Below are positions 24,100 through 32,000 of a stretch of 32,000 nucleotides of DNA, piece after piece. The DNA is from Corynebacterium glutamicum ATCC 13032. Its GTDB lineage: Bacteria; Actinomycetota; Actinomycetes; Mycobacteriales; Mycobacteriaceae. The notes below the pieces were generated by a model. The model saw only the letters and a list, made by a program, of their open reading frames with translations, searched no databases and was not told where the DNA came from. Where the stretch lies: assembly GCF_000011325.1 (NCBI RefSeq), contig NC_003450.3, forward strand, positions 1,080,001 to 1,112,000. The letters are read 5' to 3'. The translations under genes and the position numbers were made by a program. How positions within the stretch are numbered: position 1 is the first letter of the stretch; the number at the start of each line of letters is the position of its first letter.

Positions 24100-26058
24100 T
24101 CAGTAGCGGTGTCGTAAATACTCGCCCACGACTGCGGCGCCGAGTCCGTCCAGATCGGGAGCCACCACGGTGCCGCCAACACGGTCGGCTAGTTGGTTGA
24201 GAAAGTGCTCTAATCCTTGATCATGTCCCAGTCGGAAGAGTGTGGTGTGGGTTCCTCGCTTGGTTACTTTATCTAGTTGGGTGACGGTCTTGAACATGGT
24301 TTCTGGGTCAGTGGGCCAGTTGAACCAGGCGTGTCCATCGGCTTCGAGGTGAGCTGTGGGTTCGCCATCTGTGACAATGAGCAGGCTTGCTTTCATGGAG
24401 GGATGGCGAGCAAAGAACCGTTCTGCCAGCAGTAATGCGTGGTGGAGATTAGTTCCTTGTTCGTGAACCGGTGGCAGTGCAGTCAGTTCCTCGATGTCCA
24501 TGTTTTGGGCATGTCGACCAAAAGTGATTAGTGCTAGTTCATCTCCTCTAAACCGGGTGGATACCAGGTGGTGGAGGGCAAGCGCTGTTTGCTTCATGGG
24601 CACCCAGCGGCCTTCGGCAGCCATGGAATAACTGGTGTCTACTAGCAGTGCCACGGCGTTGAGGGTGCGGGCTTCAGTTTCAATGACTTCCACATCATCT
24701 AAGTTGATGCGCAGCGGACCTTCCGTATCTGTTCCGGCTGTTCGCTGCAGAGCATTGGTGATGGTGCGGGTGACATCCCATGGTTGGGTGTCTCCGAAAA
24801 CATAAGGTCGGGATGCTCCCGTCGCTTCACCGTTTGCTCCTGCCAACCGGGAGTCTCGCGAGCCTGGGCGGGACGATAATTGTTCGCTGGCGGCGTCGAG
24901 AAGCGCTTTCCCTAGACGGCGCATGGCCTGGGGGCTGAGCTTCAATGAGCCATCGGGGTTGCGGCGAAGAAGGCCGCTGTCGCGGAGCGCGCGCTCCAGT
25001 TTGGCCAAAGTTTCGGCAGAGACAGCGGCGTCATCGCCGAGTTGGCGGCGAATCGCATCAATGTCGAGGTCGGTGTGGGAGTTGCTCAGTTGTTCAGCAA
25101 GGTTGTCGAGTTCGGCGAGGTCCTGCATGGCGCCGGTGCCATCACCAAGTCCCATGCCTTCGTCGCCGGAGAATTGTTCGGAGCCATCCCAGTTGAGGTC
25201 GGGGCGCAGACCTTGGAGGTTTCCAGCCAGGTCACCGAGCAATTCCTGCAGCTCTGGGGATCCGAAAGCTTGGGCAGATAGTTTCATGAGTTCGCGGCGT
25301 TGTTCCTCTGATATGGAGTTGAACATGCGACTGGCTGCGGCGGAACGGGCTGCGAGGGCATCGATGAGCTCATTGATGTCGCGCGGCTGCTCGGGGAAGT
25401 GCTCGCCGTGTTTGGCCATAAAATTGGCGAAATCGGTGGGAGTGTCCGTTCCCTCGCGGTGTTTGGAGAGCAGGTCGTTGAGATCGCGCAGCATTTCGGC
25501 GATGGCTGCTTTGTCCTCGTCGGAGGCACCTTCCATGGCTTGTTTCATGCCGGAGAATTGCTGATCTAACATTTCACGGCCAAGCAGGTCACGGATTTGT
25601 TCAAACTTTTGGCGTGCTTCTTGGGATTGCCAATCGTAGGAATTTAGCTCGGAAACGGCAGCGGCGGTGGATTCAGGGAGGTTGCTGATCTGCATTTCGC
25701 GGAATGCTCGATCGGTGTCATCCATATCGATATCGCGGGCCAGTTGAGCGCGTTCCAGCTTGAGGCCTTCATCGAGAAGCTTGCGAACCTCAGCGAGTGT
25801 GCCACCGAGGTTGTTTCGGCTAAGTAATTCTCGGCGGCGTTCGGCTGCACGCCAGGCTAGATCATCGAGGCCTTCCTGTCCTCGGGCGCCTCTGCGCAGG
25901 TATTCACGTAGTGCCTGCTCAGGGGAATAACCAGCCATGACATCATCAGCAATATCGCGCAGGGCATCGCTGAGATCCACTGGAGGTGCCAGCGGATCTG
26001 GGCCTCCGGTGTAGCGTCCGTAACGGCTGCGGCGGGGTCGTGAATGTGAAGTGGCCAT
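24100..26058 (-). CDS. von Willebrand factor A (VWA) domain protein with long acidic helical N-terminal region
   Basis: 652 aa. MIDAS motif LLVDTSYSM ...ALITFG...LLIVTDGEPTA near the C-terminus. AAGGAG RBS. The start is 24 nt after the upstream ATPase stop. It resembles the mycobacterial Rv0959-type partner of Rv0958 (from memory). Confidence 0.9.
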   Translation of the reverse strand: MATSHSRPRRSRYGRYTGGPDPLAPPVDLSDALRDIADDVMAGYSPEQALREYLRRGARGQEGLDDLAWRAAERRRELLSRNNLGGTLAEVRKLLDEGLKLERAQLARDIDMDDTDRAFREMQISNLPESTAAAVSELNSYDWQSQEARQKFEQIRDLLGREMLDQQFSGMKQAMEGASDEDKAAIAEMLRDLNDLLSKHREGTDTPTDFANFMAKHGEHFPEQPRDINELIDALAARSAAASRMFNSISEEQRRELMKLSAQAFGSPELQELLGDLAGNLQGLRPDLNWDGSEQFSGDEGMGLGDGTGAMQDLAELDNLAEQLSNSHTDLDIDAIRRQLGDDAAVSAETLAKLERALRDSGLLRRNPDGSLKLSPQAMRRLGKALLDAASEQLSSRPGSRDSRLAGANGEATGASRPYVFGDTQPWDVTRTITNALQRTAGTDTEGPLRINLDDVEVIETEARTLNAVALLVDTSYSMAAEGRWVPMKQTALALHHLVSTRFRGDELALITFGRHAQNMDIEELTALPPVHEQGTNLHHALLLAERFFARHPSMKASLLIVTDGEPTAHLEADGHAWFNWPTDPETMFKTVTQLDKVTKRGTHTTLFRLGHDQGLEHFLNQLADRVGGTVVAPDLDGLGAAVVGEYLRHRY

Positions 26059-26082
26059 GGCTGTGGTGCTCCTTAAAACCAG

Positions 26083-27447
26083 TTAACCGTAAATGGTTTC
26101 ACCTTCGCCAGAATCCTTGGCAATTTTTCGGGAAAGGTAAAGACCTTCCAAAGCAAGCTCAATGGCCATCGCGCGAGTACTTGGTGTGGTGGCACCAAAA
26201 GCTTGAGCGATGTCGTCATATAGCGTGCTTTCGCCGAGTTCGGGGAGCGAAGCCAAAAATTCTGACGCGGTGATGTTCGTGCCAGTGGAAACGGTGATGC
26301 TGCCGTCTAATGCTGCGATGAGCGGGGTGAGATCCAGCGAGCGCAGAGTGGAACGCAGCGCTTCTGCGGTTGCGGTGCGCAGGAGATAATCAAGGATTTC
26401 CCATTCGCGTCCTTCTTCGCCGGATTCAAATTCAATCTTGCCGCCGAGGACTTCCACGGCTGCTTCCAAATCAACCAGGCGGGCAACGGCCTCATCTTCG
26501 CCGAACACTGCTGCGCGTCGAAGAGCTGCTGCGGCCACAGTTTCTGCACCTGCAATGGAGAAACGAGCAGACACACCAGAACGCTGATTCACCGATGAGG
26601 ATTCACGAAGCGCTCGGGTGTAGCGGGCAAGAATTTCAACCAAGATATCAGGGACTTGCGCAACAAGCTCTGCTTCCTGGCGGATAATTGCCACTTCATC
26701 GTCCAACTCAAGTGGGTAGTGGGTGCGGATTTCTGCACCGAAGCGGTCTTTGAGCGGAGTGATAATTCGGCCACGGTTGGTGTAATCCTCAGGGTTGGCT
26801 GAGGCAACAACCAGCACATCCAAGTCCAAACGAATGTTGTAGCCACGAATCTGCACATCACGTTCCTCCATGACGTTGAGCATGGCAACCTGGATGCGTT
26901 CAGCGAGGTCAGGAAGCTCGTTGATCGCCACGATGCCACGGTTGGCGCGAGGAATCAGACCGTAGTGAATGGTTTCTAGATCACCGAGGCTGCGGCCTTC
27001 AGCAACACGCATTGGGTCAACATCACCGATAAGATCAGCCACGGAAGTATCTGGGGTGGCAAGTTTCTCGGTATAGCGCGCATCGCGGTGTACCCATTCA
27101 ATGGGCTGATCATCGGAGATCTCTACGTTTGGCGCAAGAGGGTGTTCTGGAACGTCGCGCCCGGGAATGATCGGGGACCACTCGTCGAGAAGCGTTATTA
27201 ACGTGCGGAGCAGGCGGGTTTTACCCTGGCCGCGTTCGCCGAGCAGCACGATGTCGTGGCCGGCGATGAGCGCGCGTTCAAGCTGCGGGATGACCGTGTA
27301 GTTCAGGCCGTGCAGGCCTGGCCACGGATCTTCGCCGCTGCGAAGTTTGGCTAGGAGGTTGTCGCGGATTTCTACGCGCAAAGGTCGGTAGATGTGGCCG
27401 GCGGCCTTCAGCTCACCGACAGTTTGTACATTTGGTGGAAGACTCAC
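26083..27447 (-). CDS. AAA+ ATPase of the ChlI/MoxR-like ('magnesium chelatase'-annotated) group
   Basis: Walker A LLGERGQGKTRLL, then GIVAINELPDLAERIQVAMLNVMEERDVQIRG. The probable start is GTG 27447 (MSLPPNVQTVGELKAAGH). The ORF-track ATG 27516 would overlap the divergent gene. Confidence 0.9.
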   Translation of the reverse strand: MSLPPNVQTVGELKAAGHIYRPLRVEIRDNLLAKLRSGEDPWPGLHGLNYTVIPQLERALIAGHDIVLLGERGQGKTRLLRTLITLLDEWSPIIPGRDVPEHPLAPNVEISDDQPIEWVHRDARYTEKLATPDTSVADLIGDVDPMRVAEGRSLGDLETIHYGLIPRANRGIVAINELPDLAERIQVAMLNVMEERDVQIRGYNIRLDLDVLVVASANPEDYTNRGRIITPLKDRFGAEIRTHYPLELDDEVAIIRQEAELVAQVPDILVEILARYTRALRESSSVNQRSGVSARFSIAGAETVAAAALRRAAVFGEDEAVARLVDLEAAVEVLGGKIEFESGEEGREWEILDYLLRTATAEALRSTLRSLDLTPLIAALDGSITVSTGTNITASEFLASLPELGESTLYDDIAQAFGATTPSTRAMAIELALEGLYLSRKIAKDSGEGETIYG

Positions 27448-27502
27448 ACCCCACACCCTAGACCTTTTTTTAAGTGGGCGGTCAGGAATTTTTCGCACAG
27501 GT

Positions 27503-28204
27503 ATGCTGCATGTCATGAAGCCGGGTTCACACGCAGCTGCCGAAAAGACTCAATCCACTGTGGTTTTACTCATTCGGCATGGGCAAACCCCAACAACTGG
27601 TCAGGTTCTGCCTGGTCAGACGCCGGGTTTACACCTGTCTGATAAGGGTGAAGAGCAGGCGCGGGAGGTGGCACAGCGTCTGGCGGAGGTGCCGATTACC
27701 GCTGTGTATTCATCGCCGATGGAGCGTGCGCAGGAAACAGCAGCACCGACGGTCAGCGCTCATGGCCTCGAGTTGACGGTGGAACCTGGGCTTATTGAAT
27801 GCGATTTCGGCGAGTGGACGGGCCGGAAACTAACTGAGCTCAATGCCCTAGAGGAGTGGAAAGCGGTGCAGAAGACACCGTCTACCTTCAGGTTTCCAGG
27901 TGGTGAGAGTTTCGTGGAAATGCAGGATCGGATGGTGGAGGCTATCGGCAACATTGCGCAGCAGCATCCGGGAGAAATCGTTGCTGCGTTTAGTCATGCC
28001 GACACGATCAAGGCTGCGGTGGCTCATTTTGTAGGCACTCCACTGGATTCTTTTCAGCGCATTTTCATCGACACGGCGTCAATTTCCGCAGTGGAATTTA
28101 CCGGGAAATCTTCAGGCGTCTCCTCCCATATGCTGCTGACAAATTCCAGAACAGGATCGTTGGGATACCTTCGAGACAAACTTCCGAAAGCTCCGCAACC
28201 ATGA
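27503..28204 (+). CDS. Histidine phosphatase (phosphoglycerate-mutase-like) family protein
   Basis: VVLLIRHGQT (RHG motif), SSPMERAQETA, AFSHADTIKA (second catalytic His). The start is ATG 27503 or 27515. Confidence 0.85.
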   Translation: MLHVMKPGSHAAAEKTQSTVVLLIRHGQTPTTGQVLPGQTPGLHLSDKGEEQAREVAQRLAEVPITAVYSSPMERAQETAAPTVSAHGLELTVEPGLIECDFGEWTGRKLTELNALEEWKAVQKTPSTFRFPGGESFVEMQDRMVEAIGNIAQQHPGEIVAAFSHADTIKAAVAHFVGTPLDSFQRIFIDTASISAVEFTGKSSGVSSHMLLTNSRTGSLGYLRDKLPKAPQP

Positions 28205-28908
28205 TCACCTCACCATTTGAGCGCGAGCTGAAGCTGCTCAACGAGGGGGAACTGGGTATTGTCCAGCAGTTGGTGGAATCAAGCAACATCGGATTCATCG
28301 TCGATCTTGAATTAGATGGCGATTATGGGTGGGCGGTCTACAAACCGGAATTGGGGGAGCAACCCCTGTGGGATTTCCCTCCTGGCCTGTACAAACGTGA
28401 ACGTGCAGCCTTTGTGATCAGTGAGTTTTTGGGTTGGAACATCGTGCCTCCAACGGTGATCATGCACGATGCCCCGGCTGGTGTGGGCTCGGTGCAGTGG
28501 TTTATTGAAAACAATGGCGAACACTATTTTCCACTGTTTGACACCCGCGCTGACCTGCATCCGCAGTTTGTCCGCATGGCTGTGTTTGATCTGTTGTGCA
28601 ACAACACTGACCGGAAAGCGGGCCATGTGTTGTTAGACGGCGATCATATTTGGGGCATCGATCACGGGTTGTGTTTTTCCGTCGAACCGAAGCTGCGCAC
28701 GGTGATTTGGGATTTCGCAGGCTGCACCATTCCAGATGACTTGGTGACAGATGTTGAGCAGCTTTTGGAGGACGTCCCGGAAGAACTTCATCAGCTTCTT
28801 CATCCCGCAGAAATTGATGCGCTGCAGCGCCGTGCCTCAAGAATCAGCAGGTTACCGTTCCTTCCGCAGGCGAAATCGCATCGTCAATTCCCTTGGCCAC
28901 TTGTTTGA
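28201..28908 (+). CDS. SCO1664-family protein (PI3/PI4-kinase-like catalytic fold)
   Basis: 235 aa. AVYKPELGEQPLWDFPPGLYKRERAAFVISEFLGW, LLCNNTDRKAGHVL and GIDHGLCF (kinase catalytic-loop and DFG-like motifs). ATGA overlap with the phosphatase gene. Confidence 0.8.
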   Translation: MITSPFERELKLLNEGELGIVQQLVESSNIGFIVDLELDGDYGWAVYKPELGEQPLWDFPPGLYKRERAAFVISEFLGWNIVPPTVIMHDAPAGVGSVQWFIENNGEHYFPLFDTRADLHPQFVRMAVFDLLCNNTDRKAGHVLLDGDHIWGIDHGLCFSVEPKLRTVIWDFAGCTIPDDLVTDVEQLLEDVPEELHQLLHPAEIDALQRRASRISRLPFLPQAKSHRQFPWPLV

Positions 28909-28992
28909 GTAGGCTGGCGGGCAGGTGCTTGAAATACTCTGATTAGTTCCAAGCAAATTAGCACAACTTCACACTTTATTTAGGAGCATGTT

Positions 28993-29757
28993 ATGTCTGA
29001 CCTGAAGTCACTTGCCACGAAATTTGCTAGCGATCATGAATCCGGAAAGCTGCTGGTCCTGCCTACCGTCTGGGATACCTGGAGCGCGGGGCTCGTAGAA
29101 GAAGCAGGATTTAGTGGCCTGACCATTGGTAGCCACCCAGTCGCGGATGCGACAGGAAGCTCCGATGGTGAAAACATGAATTTTGCAGATTATATGGCGG
29201 TGGTCAAGAAGATCACCTCGGCGGTATCCATCCCCGTAAGCGTTGATGTGGAATCCGGTTATGGTCTCTCGCCTGCGGATTTGATCGCACAGATTTTGGA
29301 AGCTGGCGCAGTGGGCATCAATGTGGAAGATGTTGTGCACAGCGAGGGTAAGCGTGTTCGTGAGGCGCAGGAGCACGCTGATTACATCGCTGCGGCACGT
29401 CAAGCTGCCGATGTGGCAGGTGTAGATGTGGTGATCAACGGTCGCACGGATGCCGTCAAACTTGGTGCAGACGTTTTTGAAGATCCGATGGTGGAGGCCA
29501 TCAAGCGCATCAAGCTCATGGAACAGGCAGGCGCGCGTTCGGTGTACCCCGTGGGTCTGAGCACCGCCGAGCAGGTTGAGCGCCTGGTGGACGCTGTGTC
29601 AGTGCCGGTCAACATCACCGCGCACCCGGTTGATGGGCACGGCGCAGGCGATCTGGCCACCCTCGCAGGCCTTGGCGTGCGCCGCGTGACCTTCGGTCCG
29701 CTCTGGCAAAAATGGCTGGCTGCCACCTCGGCGCAGCAGCTTAAGGGCTGGGCTTAA
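28993..29757 (+). CDS. Isocitrate lyase/PEP mutase superfamily enzyme (methylisocitrate lyase / carboxyvinyl-carboxyphosphonate phosphorylmutase-like)
   Basis: 254 aa. LVLPTVWDTWSAGLVEEAGF...PVSVDVESGYG...GAVGINVED...VINGRTDA follows the family motif order. Confidence 0.85.
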   Translation: MSDLKSLATKFASDHESGKLLVLPTVWDTWSAGLVEEAGFSGLTIGSHPVADATGSSDGENMNFADYMAVVKKITSAVSIPVSVDVESGYGLSPADLIAQILEAGAVGINVEDVVHSEGKRVREAQEHADYIAAARQAADVAGVDVVINGRTDAVKLGADVFEDPMVEAIKRIKLMEQAGARSVYPVGLSTAEQVERLVDAVSVPVNITAHPVDGHGAGDLATLAGLGVRRVTFGPLWQKWLAATSAQQLKGWA

Positions 29758-29791
29758 ATTGCTTGTCGACGCCTAGTGCCACAATGGAGAC

Positions 29792-31435
29792 ATGACCGAA
29801 ACACTTGTGGTGAATGGCCTTGCAGGCGGCTATGGGCACCGCACATTATTTAACGATGTGAATCTCACCGTAGCTGCCGGCGATGTCGTGGGCGTTGTCG
29901 GCGTCAATGGCGCTGGTAAATCCACATTTCTAAAAATTCTGGCGGGCGTGGAAAAGCCACTGGCTGGAACTATCGCGCTTTCGCCAGCCGATGCTTTTGT
30001 GGGCTACTTGCCACAGGAACACACCCGCACGTCTGGAGAGACGATCGCAGTTTACATTGCTCGTCGAACCGGCTGCCAAGCTGCAACAACTGCCATGGAT
30101 GACACCGCCGAAGCGTTTGGTGCGGATCCAGACAACGCTGCCTTGGCCGATGCATACGCCGAGGCGCTGGATCGGTGGATGGCCAGTGGCGCAGCCGATT
30201 TGGATGAACGCATCCCCATCGTGCTCGCTGATTTGGGCTTTGAGCTTCCCACCTCGACGCTGATGGAAGGACTTTCAGGCGGGCAGGCAGCCCGGGTCGG
30301 GCTGGCGGCGTTACTGTTGTCACGTTTTGACATTGTGCTTCTCGACGAGCCCACCAACGATTTGGATCTCGACGGTCTTGAGCAACTGGAGAATTTTGTT
30401 CAGGGGCTTCGCGGGGGAGTCGTACTGGTCAGCCATGATCGTGAGTTTCTTTCCAGGTGTGTGACCACTGTGCTGGAACTCGATCTGCACCAAAATTCCC
30501 ACCATGTTTATGGCGGTGGATATGATTCCTACCTTGAGGAACGCGCAGTGCTACGCCAGCACGCCCGTGACCAATATGAGGAATTTGCGGAAAAGAAGAA
30601 GGACCTTGTGGCACGTGCTCGAACGCAGCGTGAATGGTCTAGTCACGGTGTCCGCAATGCTATTAAACGTGCACCTGACAACGACAAACTTCGGAAGAAA
30701 GCCGCTGCGGAATCCAGTGAAAAGCAGGCTCAAAAAGTCCGCCAGATGGAAAGCCGCATCGCTCGGTTAGAAGAAGTTGAAGAGCCACGTAAAGAATGGA
30801 AACTGCAGTTCAGCGTCGGTAAGGCGTCGCGGTCAAGTTCTGTTGTTTCCACGTTGAATGATGCAAGCTTCACCCAAGGCGATTTCACCTTGGGACCAGT
30901 ATCCATCCAAGTAAATGCTGGCGATCGCATTGGCATCACAGGACCCAACGGTGCTGGTAAATCCACATTGCTGCGCGGACTATTGGGAAACCAAGAACCC
31001 ACCAGCGGTACTGCCACGATGGGCACGAGCGTGGCGATCGGAGAAATCGATCAGGCACGAGCGTTACTTGATCCACAGTTGCCACTGATTTCTGCGTTTG
31101 AAAAGCATGTTCCAGACTTACCGATCAGTGAGGTGCGCACACTGCTCGCGAAATTTGGGCTGAATGATAATCATGTGGAACGGGACGTCGAAAAGCTATC
31201 TCCTGGCGAGCGCACGCGCGCCGGACTTGCGCTGCTACAGGTGCGGGGCGTCAACGTGCTTGTTCTTGATGAGCCCACCAACCACCTTGACCTGGAGGCC
31301 ATCGAGCAATTGGAGCAAGCGTTGGCCTCGTATGATGGTGTGTTGCTGCTGGTCACGCACGATCGTCGCATGTTGGACGCTGTGCAGACCAATCGTCGTT
31401 GGCATGTCGAGGCTGGCGAAGTTAGGGAGCTATAA
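29792..31435 (+). CDS. ABC-F family ATPase (two tandem ABC cassettes, no TM domain)
   Basis: GVNGAGKST / LSGGQ / LLLDEPTNDLD, and GPNGAGKST / LSPGE / VLVLDEPTNHLD, separated by a charged linker (EFAEKKKDLVARARTQREW...). Confidence 0.9.
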   Translation: MTETLVVNGLAGGYGHRTLFNDVNLTVAAGDVVGVVGVNGAGKSTFLKILAGVEKPLAGTIALSPADAFVGYLPQEHTRTSGETIAVYIARRTGCQAATTAMDDTAEAFGADPDNAALADAYAEALDRWMASGAADLDERIPIVLADLGFELPTSTLMEGLSGGQAARVGLAALLLSRFDIVLLDEPTNDLDLDGLEQLENFVQGLRGGVVLVSHDREFLSRCVTTVLELDLHQNSHHVYGGGYDSYLEERAVLRQHARDQYEEFAEKKKDLVARARTQREWSSHGVRNAIKRAPDNDKLRKKAAAESSEKQAQKVRQMESRIARLEEVEEPRKEWKLQFSVGKASRSSSVVSTLNDASFTQGDFTLGPVSIQVNAGDRIGITGPNGAGKSTLLRGLLGNQEPTSGTATMGTSVAIGEIDQARALLDPQLPLISAFEKHVPDLPISEVRTLLAKFGLNDNHVERDVEKLSPGERTRAGLALLQVRGVNVLVLDEPTNHLDLEAIEQLEQALASYDGVLLLVTHDRRMLDAVQTNRRWHVEAGEVREL

Positions 31436-31820
31436 CCGTTTCCGTATTGATGCCATGGTGAATTGATCGCTTCACAGAACACAGGCGATCAATTTTCTTC
31501 GCGGCGCTGGCAATAAGTTTGTCCTGCGCCTGCTGATCGAGGCCTGCCATATCAACTTGCAACGTGTACAGCAGATCAGTGATCAGCCCTGTGGTCTCCG
31601 TGGATTCGACAGTCGCGCTCGCAGTGAAATCCTGGCCCAACTGGTGCGCGAGCTGAGCCTCTGCCGACAAAGAAGCGCAGCCAACAACAGCGGCCTGCAA
31701 TAATTCACCCGGGGAAAACGTCCCAGGAACTCCCGGCGCGCTGACTTTAAGTTCGGCTCCGAAATCATTAACCACAGTGTAAGTGTTTGGGCTGGTGCGG
31801 GTTGCTTTAATGGAGGTCAT
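31422..31820 (-). CDS. OsmC/Ohr family peroxiredoxin-like protein
   Basis: 132 aa. SPGELLQAAVVGCASLS and IDRLCSVKRS hold the two conserved Cys. The 3' end overlaps the ABC-F gene by 14 nt (convergent). Confidence 0.85.
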   Translation of the reverse strand: MTSIKATRTSPNTYTVVNDFGAELKVSAPGVPGTFSPGELLQAAVVGCASLSAEAQLAHQLGQDFTASATVESTETTGLITDLLYTLQVDMAGLDQQAQDKLIASAAKKIDRLCSVKRSIHHGINTETVIAP

Positions 31821-31888
31821 GCTCGCAGGCTAACAGAATTGGTGGTTTTAGTGCTGTTACCAGGGACATCGGCTAGAATCTGCTGAAT

Positions 31889-32000
31889 ATGTCTGATCAA
31901 TTAGCTCCCTGCCCTGAGTGCAGCAGTGAATATACCTACGAAAACGGCGGCGTTCTGGTCTGCCCAATGTGTGCCCACGAATGGGTCGAAGGTGAAGTAG
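31889..32000 (+). CDS. phnA: PhnA/YjdM zinc-ribbon protein, N-terminal part; runs off the right edge
   Basis: My own translation: MSDQLAPCPECSSEYTYENGGVLVCPMCAHEWVEGEV. This is the CPxC...CPxC zinc ribbon characteristic of PhnA/YjdM. It is not in the ORF track because there is no stop in the window. Confidence 0.8.
   Translation, partial: MSDQLAPCPECSSEYTYENGGVLVCPMCAHEWVEGEV

Noticed and set aside
24923-25564. 213-aa plus-strand ORF inside the VWA gene
   Set aside because: It is a Ser/Ala/Arg-rich low-complexity antisense frame. The minus strand holds the real gene.
1-32000. CRISPR arrays, tRNA or rRNA genes
   Set aside because: I found no regularly spaced short repeats and no cloverleaf-like or rRNA-like segments when reading the intergenic regions. 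This is not an exhaustive computational scan.

Overview
The window looks like Corynebacterium glutamicum-type chromosome; this is inferred from gene content and codon style only, with no database search. The conserved backbone is an AI-2E permease (partial), an NSS transporter with a small subunit (MetPS-like), a secreted esterase, ychF, SulP, an AAA+/VWA pair, a phosphomutase/SCO1664-family pair, a PEP-mutase-family enzyme, ABC-F, OsmC and phnA (partial). Three accessory patches interrupt it.

(1) About 4.6 kb of visibly GC-richer DNA (about 5466-10080) sits directly behind ychF. It is partitioned by direct repeats of the last 24 bp of ychF into small islets with no integrase. These carry higBA plus a divergent transcarbamylase-fold gene, a GNAT, and a decayed SDR. 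The block also holds a 42-bp palindrome built from two ISL3 terminal repeats and a complete IS110-family element.

(2) A three-gene module of MASE1-PAS-GGDEF-EAL sensor, processive family-2 glycosyltransferase and a tiny membrane protein (10163-14914). It is followed by an ISL3 remnant flanked by truncated genes, a SUKH (SMI1/KNR4) immunity-type gene with a coupled pseudogene, and a 2H phosphoesterase.

(3) An AT-rich decayed islet (21657-24099) with an inactivated P-loop GTPase gene translationally coupled to a small unknown ORF.

I saw no rRNA, tRNA or CRISPR array. All family calls rest on motifs I could read in the translations. Nothing was searched against a database.
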